Source: Heteronotia binoei (taxonomy: Eukaryota). From it: a DNA stretch of 64,000 nucleotides. Every line of letters begins with the position of its first letter. Position 1 is the first letter of the stretch. A program made the translations under genes and the position numbers. The notes under the pieces were generated by a model. The model saw nothing but the letters and a program-made list of their open reading frames with translations, searched no databases and had not been told where the DNA came from. The stretch lies in assembly GCF_032191835.1 (NCBI RefSeq), contig NC_083228.1, positions 83,824,001 to 83,888,000 of the forward strand. The letters are read 5' to 3'. Shown here piece after piece: positions 49,228-62,337 of this stretch.

Positions 49228-49265
49228 ATATATATATCTATATATACACACACACACACGCACAC
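49185..49265. repeat. Compound (TA)n/(TG)n/(CA)n microsatellite next to a SINE tail
   Basis: Direct reading of the sequence. Confidence 0.95.
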
Positions 49266-49269
49266 AGAG

Positions 49270-49537
49270 AAGATGATGATGATATTGGATTTATATCCTG
49301 CCCTCCACTCCGAAGAGTCTCAGAGCGGCTCACAATCTCCTTTACCTTCCTCCCCCACAACAGACACCCTGTGAGGTGGGTGGAGAGGGCTCTCGCAGCA
49401 GCTGCCCTTTCAAGGACAACCTCTGCCAGAGCTATGGCTGACCCAAGGCCATGCTAGCAGGTGCAAGTGGAAGAGTGGGGAATCAAACCCGATTCTCCCA
49501 GATAAGAGTCCACACACTTAACCACTACACCAAACTG
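49270..49537 (-). mobile_element. tRNA-derived SINE
   Basis: Reverse complement of 20396-20670. Confidence 0.85.
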
Positions 49538-51215
49538 ATCTTCAGACACTTCAATTAGATTACAGGTATCAAAAATCTATAACAACAGAGGTATGTGATC
49601 ATAGTTTTCATAATTAAAATACTACTTCTACATATTCCTGCTTATAGGATGACCTTCCATTGCTGCTGGGTAGTGTGATCTTTTCAGCTAAATATTTCTT
49701 CGGAGATTAGAAAGTAGTCCTTTATTTCCCCTGCTTTCTGAGGCTTTATACTCATCCTAGCAGAGGCTTGAAACATAAATGCAACTAGCACATAGCAGTA
49801 GAAGAAAAGAGAGGTATGGGCTCAGAGCAAGGAATCATGTTAGGGTTTTAAAAATAATTTAGTGTTTCAGCATGCAGTGACTGATATGTTCATCACAACT
49901 ACTGTAGAGTTTATCTAATACTTAATATTTCAGTTATTTATAAAGATGATGTCTGATGTGTCATGCTGTCTTTAACAGTTACCTTGTGCTTTCTGCAGTT
50001 GAATTAATACATTTGTTTACCTGTGCTACTTTGTGTTATGTTGTACAGTAAGGAAGTAGAGTGCCGGAAGATAACTTTTGTTTTATTAATCAAGAGACGC
50101 ACACACCCTATTTTTATTTGCAGCTGATTTATGGTAGCTCCTCATGGGGTTGTCAAGGCAAGAGATTTCAGAGGTGATTTTCCATTGCTTTCCTCTGCTT
50201 AGCAGCCTGGGGCTTCCTTGGTGATCTCCCATCCAAATATTAACCAGGGCTGACTTTTCTCAGCTTTCAAGATCTGACAAGATCAGGCTAGTCTGGGCCA
50301 TCCAAGTCAGGCTACAGGGATTTGTGTAGTGTGAAATTCTTAAATGAACTGGAATGGGGCAAACAATGAAAGCCAGTAAAAATATACCGGGCAAGTAATG
50401 CATTTCTCAGTAATCCAACCACCCTTGTACTCCCACACCATGGCAGTGCTGGGGGCAGAAGCCTTCAGCAACCGGATACAGTCTGTACATTTATTCTTTG
50501 GATCCTGACCTTTACAGTGCAAATTTAAGCCCCATTTAATAGACCCGAGTGGGATTATGAGCAGACCTACTCAAGATGGCACTGTTAAAGCTCTGCGTTC
50601 TTTACTTGAAGGCACTTTGAATCCTGTGTTTGAAGGCTCTTTGGATCTTGCATGAGCCCTCCTGAACGTTAAGATCTTCAAATGAAGCACTGTTCAAGAT
50701 ACCATTTGGGGTAGATTGGTGTGACTGCTATCGAGAGCAGAACTTCAGTAATTGCCCCAACCCAGAAGTTAACTTTGCTCTTAACTGATCTTGCTTTGTG
50801 AAAACAATTTTTTTCCAGTATGCATTTTGTTGAACTGATAGATTGATGGTATTGCTGCTATTATCTTGCTGGCTTGTTGGTTGGGTATGAATTGGACTTC
50901 TAAAATTTTATGGTCAGTTGCTATTTATCCAGTTTATAAATGGCTTTGGAAACATTAATAAAGTTACATATAAATTCAGTAAAATAAATAAAATAGCGCT
51001 GAATTGCACATCTATATGTTCAATAACAACAGACTTTTATCATCATCAAGCAGCTTATCTTTCAGGTATGCTATTTATTGTGCTGTAATTTGTACTTGGA
51101 AATCTTCTGAAATCTTTATTAAATGAAAATACATCAGAGGCAAAAACTGTTAACTATATGTCATATCTCACTCTGGAAGGCTGTTAAGAAGTTTGTTTTT
51201 CTCTTCTCTATCTAG

Positions 51216-51284
51216 ATTGATGACAAGGAGTTTGATATTCCCCAGGTTGATACTCCTCCAACCCTGGAAAGTATTTTAAATGAG
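51216..51284 (+). CDS. VPS8: VPS8 exon (IDDKEFDIPQVDTPPTLESILNE)
   Basis: Identical to recalled human peptide; tag/gtgagt. Confidence 0.95.
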
Positions 51285-51669
51285 GTGAGTTGAGGAAGGC
51301 ACAGCCAGCTACCCATTCTCACATTAGGCAGATGCAGATCAATCACTCACCTACTTTTTGCTTCCTGTAACATACAGCTGCTGTTCAACTGCACTGGCTA
51401 AGGAAATTATGTCTTTATTAAAAGAGCTGAAAAGCCAAGTTTTGAATCAGCATTTCATGCTTTGTTTGTTTGTTTCTGTGTGACATTCTGTATGCATCAG
51501 GAGGCACATATTTTATGGAGACTGAGAGACCTTTGTAAACCACAACTGTCTTCTGCCTTGCATTAACCACTGTGTCTAACCTGTAGGTAGTAAATTGTGG
51601 TAATACTTGCTGCTGTAAAAGTTTAACATGTAATGGAGTGATTAACAACCTATGGATTTTCTCTCTCAG

Positions 51670-51800
51670 ACAGATGATGAAGAAGAGCCTTTTGTTCTTG
51701 AAGATCCTTGTCTTCTGAACATTGATAATATTGACACCCACTCTTATGATACCTCTTCTGTTGCTAGCTCCGACAGTGGGGATAGGACCCACATGAAAAG
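51670..51800 (+). CDS. VPS8: VPS8 exon (TDDEEEPFVLEDP...SDSGDRTHMKR)
   Basis: 131 nt, phase 2, canonical splice sites. Confidence 0.95.
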
Positions 51801-52852
51801 GTAACCAATTTGGCAAAAGCTGTTATAGAGCAGTTTTGTGATACAAGCTTAACAGAGCAATCCTTTTGAAGATTGATATGCACATCCTAAAACCTGTGGT
51901 TGAGATGATTGCCAGTTATAAGAGATGGGTAGATCTTTTATTTTTTGAAGTGGGCAAGGCCAGATGGATAAAAGAAACTACTTGGAATAGAATGGTATTG
52001 TAGTTCAGGGGTTATGCACAGTTCTCTTCTGTCTTTAAGTAATATATTTATGAGTTTAGGACTGTAGGAAGGCTCATGAGTTGCTATTTCATTATCTTGA
52101 TGCTTTGATTAGTTAAGCTTTAGTGTTGCCTTTTACAATTTTTGCATTTCACCAAAGTTTCGGGTTTCCCTTTTGGTGATGGGTGATCTGTCCTACATAC
52201 CAGATCAGTCATTTATCCATTGGCCAAAATCTCAAGGAGTCTCCTGGTTAATAACTGAATAATATTAGGATTCATCCATGCAAGAAACTGATCTATCTAA
52301 TTACTCAAATAAAATACAGCTTTTATTTGTTTTATTTGAAACATTTTTATGTCACCCTGATCATAGTCTCCAAGGCAGCACACATAAAAACATTAAAACA
52401 TCTGAGCAATTGAAAACTTTACTTGTTACTGTTGTGTACTAATTCAATATTTGTTCTAAATGTCTTAATGGCTAGGTTTCTTATTATTTCCTTAAACTTT
52501 CTTCTGTATATTTAATATTTAGGCAAAAAACAATATGGCACCCTCAAAGTATGGTATGGTAAGGCCTCTTGCATACTTTCCATTAGCCTGGTGCCTCAGT
52601 GCTTGGATGCAAACCTGAAATGGTATTCTTGCAATTACTTGGGCATTTCTCTTTGACTGAACAATGGGGTTTTTAAAAATAAGATGCAGGTTTTTGCAGG
52701 GTGTTTCAATTTCTTTGTCCTGTTTGTATGCTTGCAAAGAAGTTTGATAGCTCTCTATCAAAATATTGGGGCATGTAGCATCTTATTTGGTTAGTTATAC
52801 ATATAGAATGAGATATGATTATGTTCCAATTTATTTTTCTTATTTTACAAAG

Positions 52853-52946
52853 GAAGAAGAAGCTTCACGATTCTTTCTCTGTCCATGGCTCAGTTATACG
52901 GCTGTCACTTTTGAAAGGCATCTCTGCACAAATAGCATCTGCCACA
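52853..52946 (+). CDS. VPS8: VPS8 exon (KKKLHDSFSVHGSVIRLSLLKGISAQIASAT)
   Basis: 94 nt restores phase 0; matches human KKKLPDSFSLHGSVMRHSLLKGISAQIVSAA. Confidence 0.93.
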
Positions 52947-54071
52947 GTAAGCTCCTTTTTTCTTCTTTTTCAGATTTGCCCATTGTGACAAATAAACAAC
53001 AGAGCCATATATATTTTGGATGGGGCAGTAGCTTAGTTGTAGAGCATATGCTCTACATGCATAAGGTCCCAGGCATCTACAGCTAAAGTATCTCTGGTAT
53101 TGGGGCTAGGAAATACTTGTATCTAAAACTTTGGAGAGCTGTTTCTGGTGGAATAGACAAATTTGAGCTAGATGGTCCAATTATATGACTTCTTAGGCTG
53201 TCATATGTTCTTCTAAATGTTTTAGCTAAAGGGGCTAGTTTTGGTGTTAGTCACTACTTGCAACCATTGGAAGAGAATCCTTGGGTTTGAAAAGTGGAGG
53301 TATACTTTTCAGGTTTAGCGACTTCTCCTTTATAATGTCAAGTTCTGCTAATGTCTGTCTTTTTTGATGCAATGCAAAGGAAGAGCCATAGGATGCATTG
53401 GACATTCAGGGTGATGCTGAGGTTAAAAAAGGAAACTTCTTATTTTCATCAGGAAGGATCTAATTATTCTCTGTGAAAGTATTAGCAAGATCATTCTGCC
53501 AATTACAATGTGAACATTGGTATGTACTTGAAAACCTTGTTCACAGTGCTATGTAGTCCAGATGAGTACATAGTACTTTGAGAACCCTAACAGAAAATGA
53601 TTCTTGGAGCAGATCTGGATTGCTTTGAATAGACAATGCTGAACCCAGGCAGAAGGTCCACTCTAAGAACAAGTTTGATTCTGCATCCTTAAACCCAAGT
53701 TAATTGTATGCTTGTCCTGCTGGGCCCTTTTACTCCATCCCTCTGCAGCTTTGTGCTTGTGATATTTCTAGTTCAGGGTCAAGGCAAAATCCACTCTTGA
53801 GTATTCAGTCACAGCCAGATGTGTTATCTTAGTCCTTACATGGCACTTAAGAGCATGTTTGAGTTGAACTTGAGAGCTATTTGTCAAAGAAGATTAACAA
53901 GACAAGAACTTAGCCAAAAGAAAGTGGCCTTAAAATAGCGATTTGTAAAGGCTCTCAATAAATATTTGGCATGTGGATGATGTTTTAGTACAAATTTAAG
54001 AAAATCTAACCGACTCCTATATGTACTTGTTTGAAGTATTAATGGATTCTGTAATGTATTTTGTCTTCTAG

Positions 54072-54104
54072 GCCAAAGTGGATGCTGGCTTACCCACTGC
54101 AATA
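54072..54104 (+). CDS. VPS8: VPS8 33-nt exon (AKVDAGLPTAI)
   Basis: Matches DKVDAGLPTAI; tag/gtaagt. Confidence 0.92.
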
Positions 54105-54614
54105 GTAAGTTTGTAGATGGTTTGAGGATATCTTGTGATTATTATTCATGTTTGTTCTAATTTTCAAATGCTTGGTTCAGTGCTCTAACTCTAACCAATT
54201 TTATGTGTCCTATTTCACCCAGAGCTATTTTATTTCTTTTGGTACAGAGTGAGTAGAACATAGAATTAAACTGTATTCAAAGTATTGAATACAATTAATA
54301 TGACTGTAGTAACTTGTTGCAACAGTATTTAGAGAACTTTTAATAAAAAACCAAAAAGCCTCTAACATATGCCTGGGTAGTGATGATCCAGTTATGCATT
54401 CCAGTGGTAAGATCACTATGATCAGTTTGTGTAGTTCTTCGTGGAATAATCTTTAATCCCTCTGTGTCAATATCTGGGCAATAGCTGGGCAAGTGTCTGT
54501 GCTTACCCATTTTAGATTTATTAATGCCATTTTCATCTCTTGCTTATTCATATTGTGTTGACCCAGTATTGGTACCCATGTCTTGCATTTAGGTATTGCT
54601 CTCATGGCTTTAAG

Positions 54615-54919
54615 TGGCCCCGTGGCGCAGAGTGGTAAAGCAGCAGTACTACAGTACTGAGGTCTGAACTCTCTGCTCACGACCTGAGTTCGATTCCAGC
54701 AGAAGCTGGATTCAGGTAGCTGGCCCAAGGTTGACTCAGCCTTCCATCCTTCCGAGGTCGGTAAAATGAGTACCCAGCTTGCTGGGGGGAAAGTGTAAAA
54801 GACTGGGGAAGGCAATGGCAAATCACCCCGTAAAAAGTCTGCCGTGAAAACGTTGTGAAAGCAACGTCAGCCCAGAGTCGGAAATGACTGGTGCTTGCAC
54901 AGGGGACCTTTCCTTTCCT
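54615..54919 (+). mobile_element. Sauria-type SINE, full length
   Basis: tRNA-like head gtggcgcagagtggtaaag, conserved core, tail gcacaggggacctttcctttcc. Confidence 0.85.
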
Positions 54920-54969
54920 CATGGCTTTGAAGCATCTAACACTTCTAATTCCTTTCTTGTTTTGTTTAG

Positions 54970-55024
54970 GCAGCATCAAATCTCATAGCAGTGGGAACAT
55001 CTCATGGACTAGCGTTGATATTTG
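54970..55024 (+). CDS. VPS8: VPS8 exon (AASNLIAVGTSHGLALIF)
   Basis: 55 nt, phase 1; WD40-region match. Confidence 0.93.
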
Positions 55025-57297
55025 GTAAGAATTAATATTCCTTGAGTTGCATCAGGATTAAGAATGATTTGGAATTTAATTTCTGTGGTGTATTCTATAT
55101 GGATATACAAGGGTATATAAATCATATCTTGCTATATAAAACTCCTCTAACTGGTCATGTTGTACTGTAGACTTAGCAGGAGCTACTACAAGTAACTAGC
55201 TTTTGTTACTGTTTCAACTACTTATTTAATATCACATTGGCTTGCAAACTTTCTCTATTTCAAAAAGGTCTTATCTACCTAATGCATTTAAAGAATGTCA
55301 TTATCCAGGATGTGCCATTTTTGTCTTCTGTTGTTAAAAAAAATTATATGTACCCCTCAAAGTAGAAGTGTACTGGCATGTTGGTGATGGAAATAAGAGT
55401 GAGTTGGATCCAGTAAACTTTTTACTTCATCCTACCTACGTGGTGTCCTTACTAGAGCTCTCATCTTGCATGGTTTTTGGCCAGTGGAAAAGCTGATAGT
55501 ATCCAACCAAATCTGTTTGTTATTTCTGTCTCTTATTCCTTACATATTGACTTTTGACTTTTTCTCTCTCTTGACTTTGTTTTCCTCATGGACTGAGAAG
55601 GCAAAGGTATAGTACTGTTGCATTGTGCATGCAATCCGCATGAACAGCTCCACATTTCAAAGAGTGTGACAATGATGTTCTGAAATGATTTGTATTTCAA
55701 GCTCCATATGTTCATGAGTGCATAGTGGTTTATGACAGGGTCCTATTGTTAAGCAAATGTAATGTTTGAAACAATTCCTTGTGCTGAGAAATCTGCAACA
55801 GAAGATGATTTTTTTCCTATGGCTTTTAGTATAGGATAGATTTGATTACTGTTGTTGCAAGAGGTGTTGGGCTTCAGCTAGGCAGACTCCTGCATTGACT
55901 TAAGGAGTCAGGCAATAATAGTGAAGAGTCTCATTTTCTTTTTGTGAGGGGAAGTATGGTGGCCACCTGGCCAGCAGTGCCATGGTTAAATCTGTCCACT
56001 TGCTTTTCTTTTTTCTTGTGACTTAACAGAATTCTGTCTTCATAGACCAACAAGAGAAAATAGTCTTCAAAGTGGTACTGGACTTGAATTTTGTTCTGTT
56101 ATCCTTTTGTTACCTATATTAAAAGTCATCTGACCAAGACATCACATTTTACGCAGTAGTGTTGGCAGATGTCCTCATGCAACAAATTTCTTTGGGTAGC
56201 GTATTATGTGTGAGAGAGTATTTTCATGATTGGACTACAAAATGGTTGGTGTGACATATGTCAAAAAGTTCAGGAGGTTCTCACAATTGTTTAACTGTCT
56301 ACTAAAATACAGAGTGCATACTTCTGTTGCATATGCTTCCCCCCACCTCTCCCTTAGAAACACTCATGTCAGTTTCAAACTGGTCTTGTCGGTTTCAAGA
56401 GGTTCTCATCCTCCCCCACCTTACAGGTTTCCTTTATGTTCCCTTTCAATTTTCTTGCACAGAGCTTGCAGACTGCCCTCCCTTACTTTGATTTGTTGTG
56501 ACACTGTACTCTGAGAGCAGTCCTTTTAGGCTTGCAATGCCAGTGGTACTGGGTTCCGCTGTGCCTTTTTAAGAACATAAGAGAAGCCATGTTGGATCAG
56601 GCCAATGGCCCATCCACTCCAACACTCTGTGTCACACATTGGCCACAAAAAAAGTTGCACTTTGTAACTGGTTGTTCTGGTCTTGAAACCTCCCCCCCCC
56701 CCCCCCCCCAAACTTGGATTTCTTGTGGCACTGTTCTTTGAGATCAGTCCTTTTAAGCTTGCAGTGCCAGTTGGTACTGGGTTCTGCTGGGAATTCTTTA
56801 TACTGGGCTAGTTGTGCTCTGCTTCATCCTCTTTGCCTTTAGCAAGGTTTTCCCCAAGGTTTCATTGCCAAAGATGACTATATTCAGTCTTCCTTTACTT
56901 AGTGTTTGATATTTTTTTCTCTCTCGCTTTCTTTGTCACATATTTGACTTGTTCACCTTCCCTTCCTTATCTACAGCTCTTGATGTCCTGTTTCTTTTCT
57001 TTCTTGTACACTGTCTGTCTCTGGATCCAATTGCCTTGTATTTTTTGGTTTCTATTGTGCCTGTGGTTTTTTTCACCACTACTTACTTTTTAAACTTCTC
57101 TTTCGGTATGGGAGAAGCAGAAAAGAAAAAGAAAAAAAGTATGCAACACATTTCTGACACTTCAGGCCATGATTGGGAGGACTGGGAATATGACATCTGA
57201 TATGAGCCAATATAGAATTGCTGTTTTTGACAGGGTAGAAGTGCTAATCTGTATTAATTTGCATACATAGTGTTAACTAGACTTGCCTCTTGTTTAG

Positions 57298-57422
57298 ATC
57301 CCAACCAGGCTCTTCGGCTTTGTTTGGGCAGTACGGCAGTTGGAGCACAGTATGGAGCCATATCTGCTCTTAGTATCAACAACGATTGTTCAAGACTTCT
57401 GTGTGGTTTTGCAAAAGGAGAG
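57298..57422 (+). CDS. VPS8: VPS8 exon (DPNQALRLCLGST...LLCGFAKGE)
   Basis: 125 nt; matches human. Confidence 0.95.
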
Positions 57423-57954
57423 GTAATATTACATTGTTGTGTGATCTTGTCTATTATTAGTTGGGTGGGGCGGAGATCCAAGGAGTTCAGTGTCATTTGC
57501 TGCTAGATTAAGTATGTATTTCTTTGGTAATTTTTTTTCTTGTTTGCTGGCTAATTTGGGAATGGGCTTTCTCCCTTCCTATTGCACTTTGTCTACCAGC
57601 ACTCTATTGTGGAGAAAGGAACATAGATGCCCCTGGAACAGAAGTGGAGCATGTGGAGTTTCTCTTGGTTTTCCTGGTCACCATAATCTGGCATATGATA
57701 TCTAAATTGTGCCTTTCTTCTCATGAAGTGTTGTGCAAGATACAGGGCTACACGGGGTTTGGAGTTTTTAAAAAGATTTTTGTACATTAAGCAAAAGTGG
57801 GCCTTCTGTGCCCAAGAGCATAAAAGATAGGAAGCTTATTAATTCAGTTACATTTGATTGCATGTGTGGGTGATTTGGCAGATCTCTCATAATTATCCAT
57901 ATACTTCGGAAATAAGAACTTGTACTAAAAAAACCTGGTAATATTTATCTATAG

Positions 57955-58041
57955 ATTACCATGTGGGATCTAGCCAGTGGAAAGCTTTTGAGATCAATAA
58001 CAGATGCTCATCCTCCAGGAACAGCAATTTTACACATTAAG
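57955..58041 (+). CDS. VPS8: VPS8 exon (ITMWDLASGKLLRSITDAHPPGTAILHIK)
   Basis: 87 nt; identical to recalled human peptide. Confidence 0.95.
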
Positions 58042-58592
58042 GTAACAAACAATCATTTGCTCTGCTAGTGAATTATCTGAAAAAATGTAAATCCTGTTGC
58101 TAGAAAACATGATATGTGTGTGTGTGGTATTTCTGATTGAATATAATGTGTATATTTGTGTACGGTTTCTGTTATTCTGAGAACAGGATTTTCATTACTT
58201 GATAGCTTTGAAAGAGGAGTGCTTGAATGTCTTGGGAAGTTGCTGTATTGGATCTTGTGGATCAGTTCCACTAATGGCAGAGCTTTTCTCTGATGCAAGG
58301 AACCTTCCAAAGGTACCAGTAGTTCTTCTAGTTTTGAAAGTCTTCTTGCATTGGAGGAAAACTCTGCGATTAGAAAAAATGTGCATCCTGCTACTCATGT
58401 TAAGAAATGGGAATAAGGCTGGTAGCTCTTAGGAAATGGAGTAATAAAGAATATTGGGCCAATAATATAGTTTTGGCAAACAAGAAAGGGCTATGACTAG
58501 TAGAGGGATATTGGAAGAAGTTGTGGGAGGGACCATGCCCTATAGTAGTTTTGTGAACATTTTCATAAGAGAAAAATTAATGTTCTGTTCAG

Positions 58593-58660
58593 TTTACAGA
58601 TGACCCAACTCTTGCAATTTGCAACGACAGTGGAGGTTCAGTTTTTGAGCTGTCATTCAA
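58593..58660 (+). CDS. VPS8: VPS8 exon (FTDDPTLAICNDSGGSVFELSFK)
   Basis: 68 nt, phase 2. Confidence 0.95.
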
Positions 58661-59198
58661 GTAAGAATATCTGTATTTATTGTAGAGGAACAGATTTTCA
58701 AAAATTAAATCCGTAGAATTATTTGTGTTCCAGTTGTAAACCCTAAGATGCAGTTTTTCCAGTACCATGGTTTGCGCAAGGTGTTAGGGTTAATGAAAAC
58801 ATTGGTAGTTATGCAAGACTTCATGCATTATTTGTCATACACTTTGATAACTGAGTGTATGGAGCTAGGCAAATTACCTGTTTAGCATTCCAATCTGTCC
58901 CATCCTGAAACAATGAAATGAGCAAATATAAATTATTTTTATGAGTGCTTCTATGAAGCCAGGGTTGAAATTGTTGCTCATGTATTAACTAACTTTTGGG
59001 CAGCCTGGTTCTCTCAAGTCCACTCTATGACATCATCTTGGAACTGTTTGCAGAGTTACTGTGGAAGGAAAAAAAATGACACATGTTCTGCCTGTCATGT
59101 ATCATTGATAGTGAATTTACACATGCAGTTTCTTGTTTCTAAGCATGCAAGAGTTGCAGTGGCCTTATTGCTAACATTGCTGTGTGCTTTGCTCTCAG

Positions 59199-59352
59199 GA
59201 GAGTTATGGGGGTGCGAACATGTGAGTCACGCTGTTTGTTCAGTGGTTCCAAAGGAGAAGTTTGCTGCATTGAGCCATTGCATGCAAAGACTGAATTGAG
59301 AGACCATCCTATTACACAATACTCTCTGCTGGCAATGGCTTCCTTAACAAAG
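59199..59352 (+). CDS. VPS8: VPS8 exon (RVMGVRTCESRCLFSGSKGEV...LLAMASLTK)
   Basis: 154 nt restores phase 0. Confidence 0.95.
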
Positions 59353-59445
59353 GTGACTATTTTTTTTATAAAGTATTTAAACAAATACTAGCAATAGCCT
59401 GAAACATGAGACTTAAAATATAACTACTTTTTATTTGTACTGCAG

Positions 59446-59505
59446 ATTCTTGTAATTGGATTGAAACCATCTTTGAAGGTGTGGATGACTTTTCCGTATG
59501 GCCGT
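59446..59505 (+). CDS. VPS8: VPS8 exon (ILVIGLKPSLKVWMTFPYGR)
   Basis: 60 nt; cag/gtgagt. Confidence 0.95.
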
Positions 59506-59644
59506 GTGAGTAATTTGATTAATTTATCTGTTCTGGTTCAAATCAATGTGATAATGAATGAGAAATAGTTAAAGGAAACATTAGCTTGGAAATGAAAAGC
59601 AGCCTTCCATAAGCCTGCAGGAACTTTGTGTGATGATTATATAA

Positions 59645-59840
59645 AGGGCTTTTTTGTAGAAAAAGTTCAGCAGGAACTCGTTTGCATATTAGGCCACACC
59701 CCCTGACATCATCATTGTTTCACACAGGGCTTTCTTGTAGAAAAAGCCTAGCGGGAATTAATTTGCATATTAGGCCATACCCCCTGATGTCAAACCAGCC
59801 AGAGCTGTGTTTCTGTGCATCCTGCTCAAAAAAAAGTCCT
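59645..59840. mobile_element. hAT-like MITE with two octamer/CACCC modules
   Basis: agggcttttttgtagaaaaag...tttgcatattaggccacacccc twice...aaaaaaaagtcctg. Confidence 0.7.
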
Positions 59841-60690
59841 GATTATATGTGGGTCATGCTAGCATAGGGACAGAAGCATAGACCATTGAACATCAAGGCT
59901 ATATTTTAAAAATCCTTGAGCTGGTCCAGATATGTCTAGTATGGCATCCCTTATTCAGACCTTTATTTTGCTTGGGGTGCACTGTAATCTGGAAACTATT
60001 CTTGTTTTTAATGGGGAGTTGATTTCTGTCTTTAAAGACTCCTGATTTATTGCTTGCACTTGTGCAGAGTTTTGAGGCTGTTAAATTCAGTGTGTTTAAA
60101 GATGTCTAACTCTGCATGGAATCAGGGCCAGGGTTGCCAGGCCTGTGTTGGAAAATACCTGGAGGCTTTGAGGATGGATCCAGGAGGGGGTGAGGTTTGG
60201 GGAGGGGAAGGGTCTCAGCATGGCACAGTCATAGAGTCCACCCTTCAAAGTGGCTATTTTCTCCAGGGGAGCTGATCTCTTCCAGATTAGTTGTACAAGT
60301 TGGAGATTTCCATTCCCCACCTGGAGGCTGGCCACCCTAAATCAGGCTGGGAGTGTAGTAAGTTGCAAAGTGAACTGTTGCCTTATAAATGTTTGAGTAC
60401 AAGAAGTAAATGTTATATGCCTGTTATAAAGCAACAGTTTGTCCCTAGTTGAATCAACAAGCTTTCCAAAACCTTTATTCAATTTATTTTGCCAATTAAG
60501 CTTTTGAAAGTATACAGGAAAAACATAATTATAAGGTTCATTTTACATTTACATTTAAAATTGAACTATTTTGATTTTATCCATTTATGTAATGGTTTTA
60601 TATTTAAAATGCTGCCTGATTTTGTCTGCATCCGGTACCTTCTCTCCCCCTCAACTGTCATAGAACTATCTGATATCTTTTATTCTGCAG

Positions 60691-60798
60691 ATGGACCCAT
60701 CCAGTGTTCCACTGCTGGCTTGGCATTTTGTTGCAGTGCAGACATCTGTGAATCCTGTGCTTGCTTTCTGTCGAGGAGATGTTGTTCACTTCCTTCTA
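60691..60798 (+). CDS. VPS8: VPS8 exon (MDPSSVPLLAWHFVAVQ...DVVHFLL)
   Basis: 108 nt; matches human. Confidence 0.95.
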
Positions 60799-62256
60799 GT
60801 AAGGTTTATGTTCTTTGTCAGCTTGGAGACTTGCTTTCTAAATAAATGGCTCAAACTCTAGAGGAACATGAAGCTGTGTGTGGTCACAGGATGTCCATAA
60901 TTCTATTGTGACACGAGTCTTTTTTATCTGTTTGAAAAAGGCTCAGTGTGCATCTTATTTATGCATCCTTCCTCCAAAGAGCTCAGGGTGGCATTCATGG
61001 CTTGTCCCCTATTTTATGCTTGCAACAACCCACTCAAGTTAGGCAGAGAGATAGGAATAACTGGTCTGAAGCGAGTTTTGTAGTAGAGTTGTGGTTTGAA
61101 GTCAGATCTTGCTAATCCTAGGACAGCAAATAACTTTGTACTCATGTTGAGGTAACAACTATGTGAACTAGAATATGGGCCTAAGATCGGCAAGATCTGG
61201 CTTGGTGCATTTGAATTTCTGCTTTCTACATTTTATACTTTGTATGATTATTCAAGTACCAGTGAGCATGCTGAGGTTGTTTGTCCAGTGTGTAATATTT
61301 TAATTATTCAAAATACTTATTTGTTGCCCTCCTGCCATTTAATATGGTATAAGGGGAATTAGGAGTGCAGAAGCCTTCCTTGCTCCTCCCATTCCCAAAA
61401 CGTTTAATACAGAGGGAGAGAAACTGGCAGGGATCCCAACTGCATTCAAGGGAGAGACAGTTGTTCCAAGGAAACTCTTATTTATTGAACTTCAGAACCA
61501 TAATGTAGAAACTCTCAAACATTCTAAAATGCAGCATACAAAATTAAGCAACTAACTGAAATACAGTACACTGTAGTTTATAAGATATATCCTGGTTGTT
61601 TGTCAAGACCCATAAAGAAGGTGGTTGGCGTATAACAATTACCAACAGAAAATCCAGACGTTAAATACCCTTTTGCCATCTATAGAAACCAGTGTAGCTG
61701 TCAATTTGACCAGTGATGAATGTCTGACACGTTTGACAAGATCCAGCCCCCCATATATAGTAAGCATGAACTATGCCCATAGTTAATGTAGTATTTTTTA
61801 GGGCAAGAAGACTCATACTATTATTGTATCTCTTCAAGTGCTAATCTGTATATTTTCAATGGGTTAGTGAGACTCTAAATGCGTACCACATCAAGGATAG
61901 GAGCCAGGTAATCTATGTTTAGGCTTAGAGGCTAGTATCATGGACTTGGAAAAATGTAAACTGTTTTCTAGGACAGAGTACATTAGAGACTCTTGCTTGA
62001 AAAAACCCCAGTAGACTAGTGGGCAGAGCCAGAGCTAATTAAAAAAAAATGGCTAAGAGAGTACAGGACCCAGTCTCACTTCCTAGTAAATTCCCTGACA
62101 TATGGTTTATATTTTATCTTAATTCTTAAGAACAGGCATCTGTTGTCAGGACTGCTGAAACTAGCCCACTTCCATCAGTCCAAAATTGAAAGCAGAGTGT
62201 TTTAGTATGCAAGGGAGTGGCCAGAAAATAATGCTCTATCCTCATTCCATTATCAG

Positions 62257-62337
62257 GTAAAGAGAGATGAATCTGGAGCAATTCATGTTACAAAGCAGAA
62301 GCAACTGCACCTGCATTATGATCTCATCAATTTTACT
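62257..62337 (+). CDS. VPS8: VPS8 exon (VKRDESGAIHVTKQKQLHLHYDLINFT)
   Basis: 81 nt; matches human. Confidence 0.93.

Noticed and set aside
50330-50990. GC-richer block with a 60-aa Cys/Trp-containing minus ORF and terminal AATAAA
   Set aside because: Could not assign to a gene or element family; likely an old repeat 3-prime end
56691-56709. Poly-C run next to a CR1 tail fragment
   Set aside because: Simple homopolymer with no further structure
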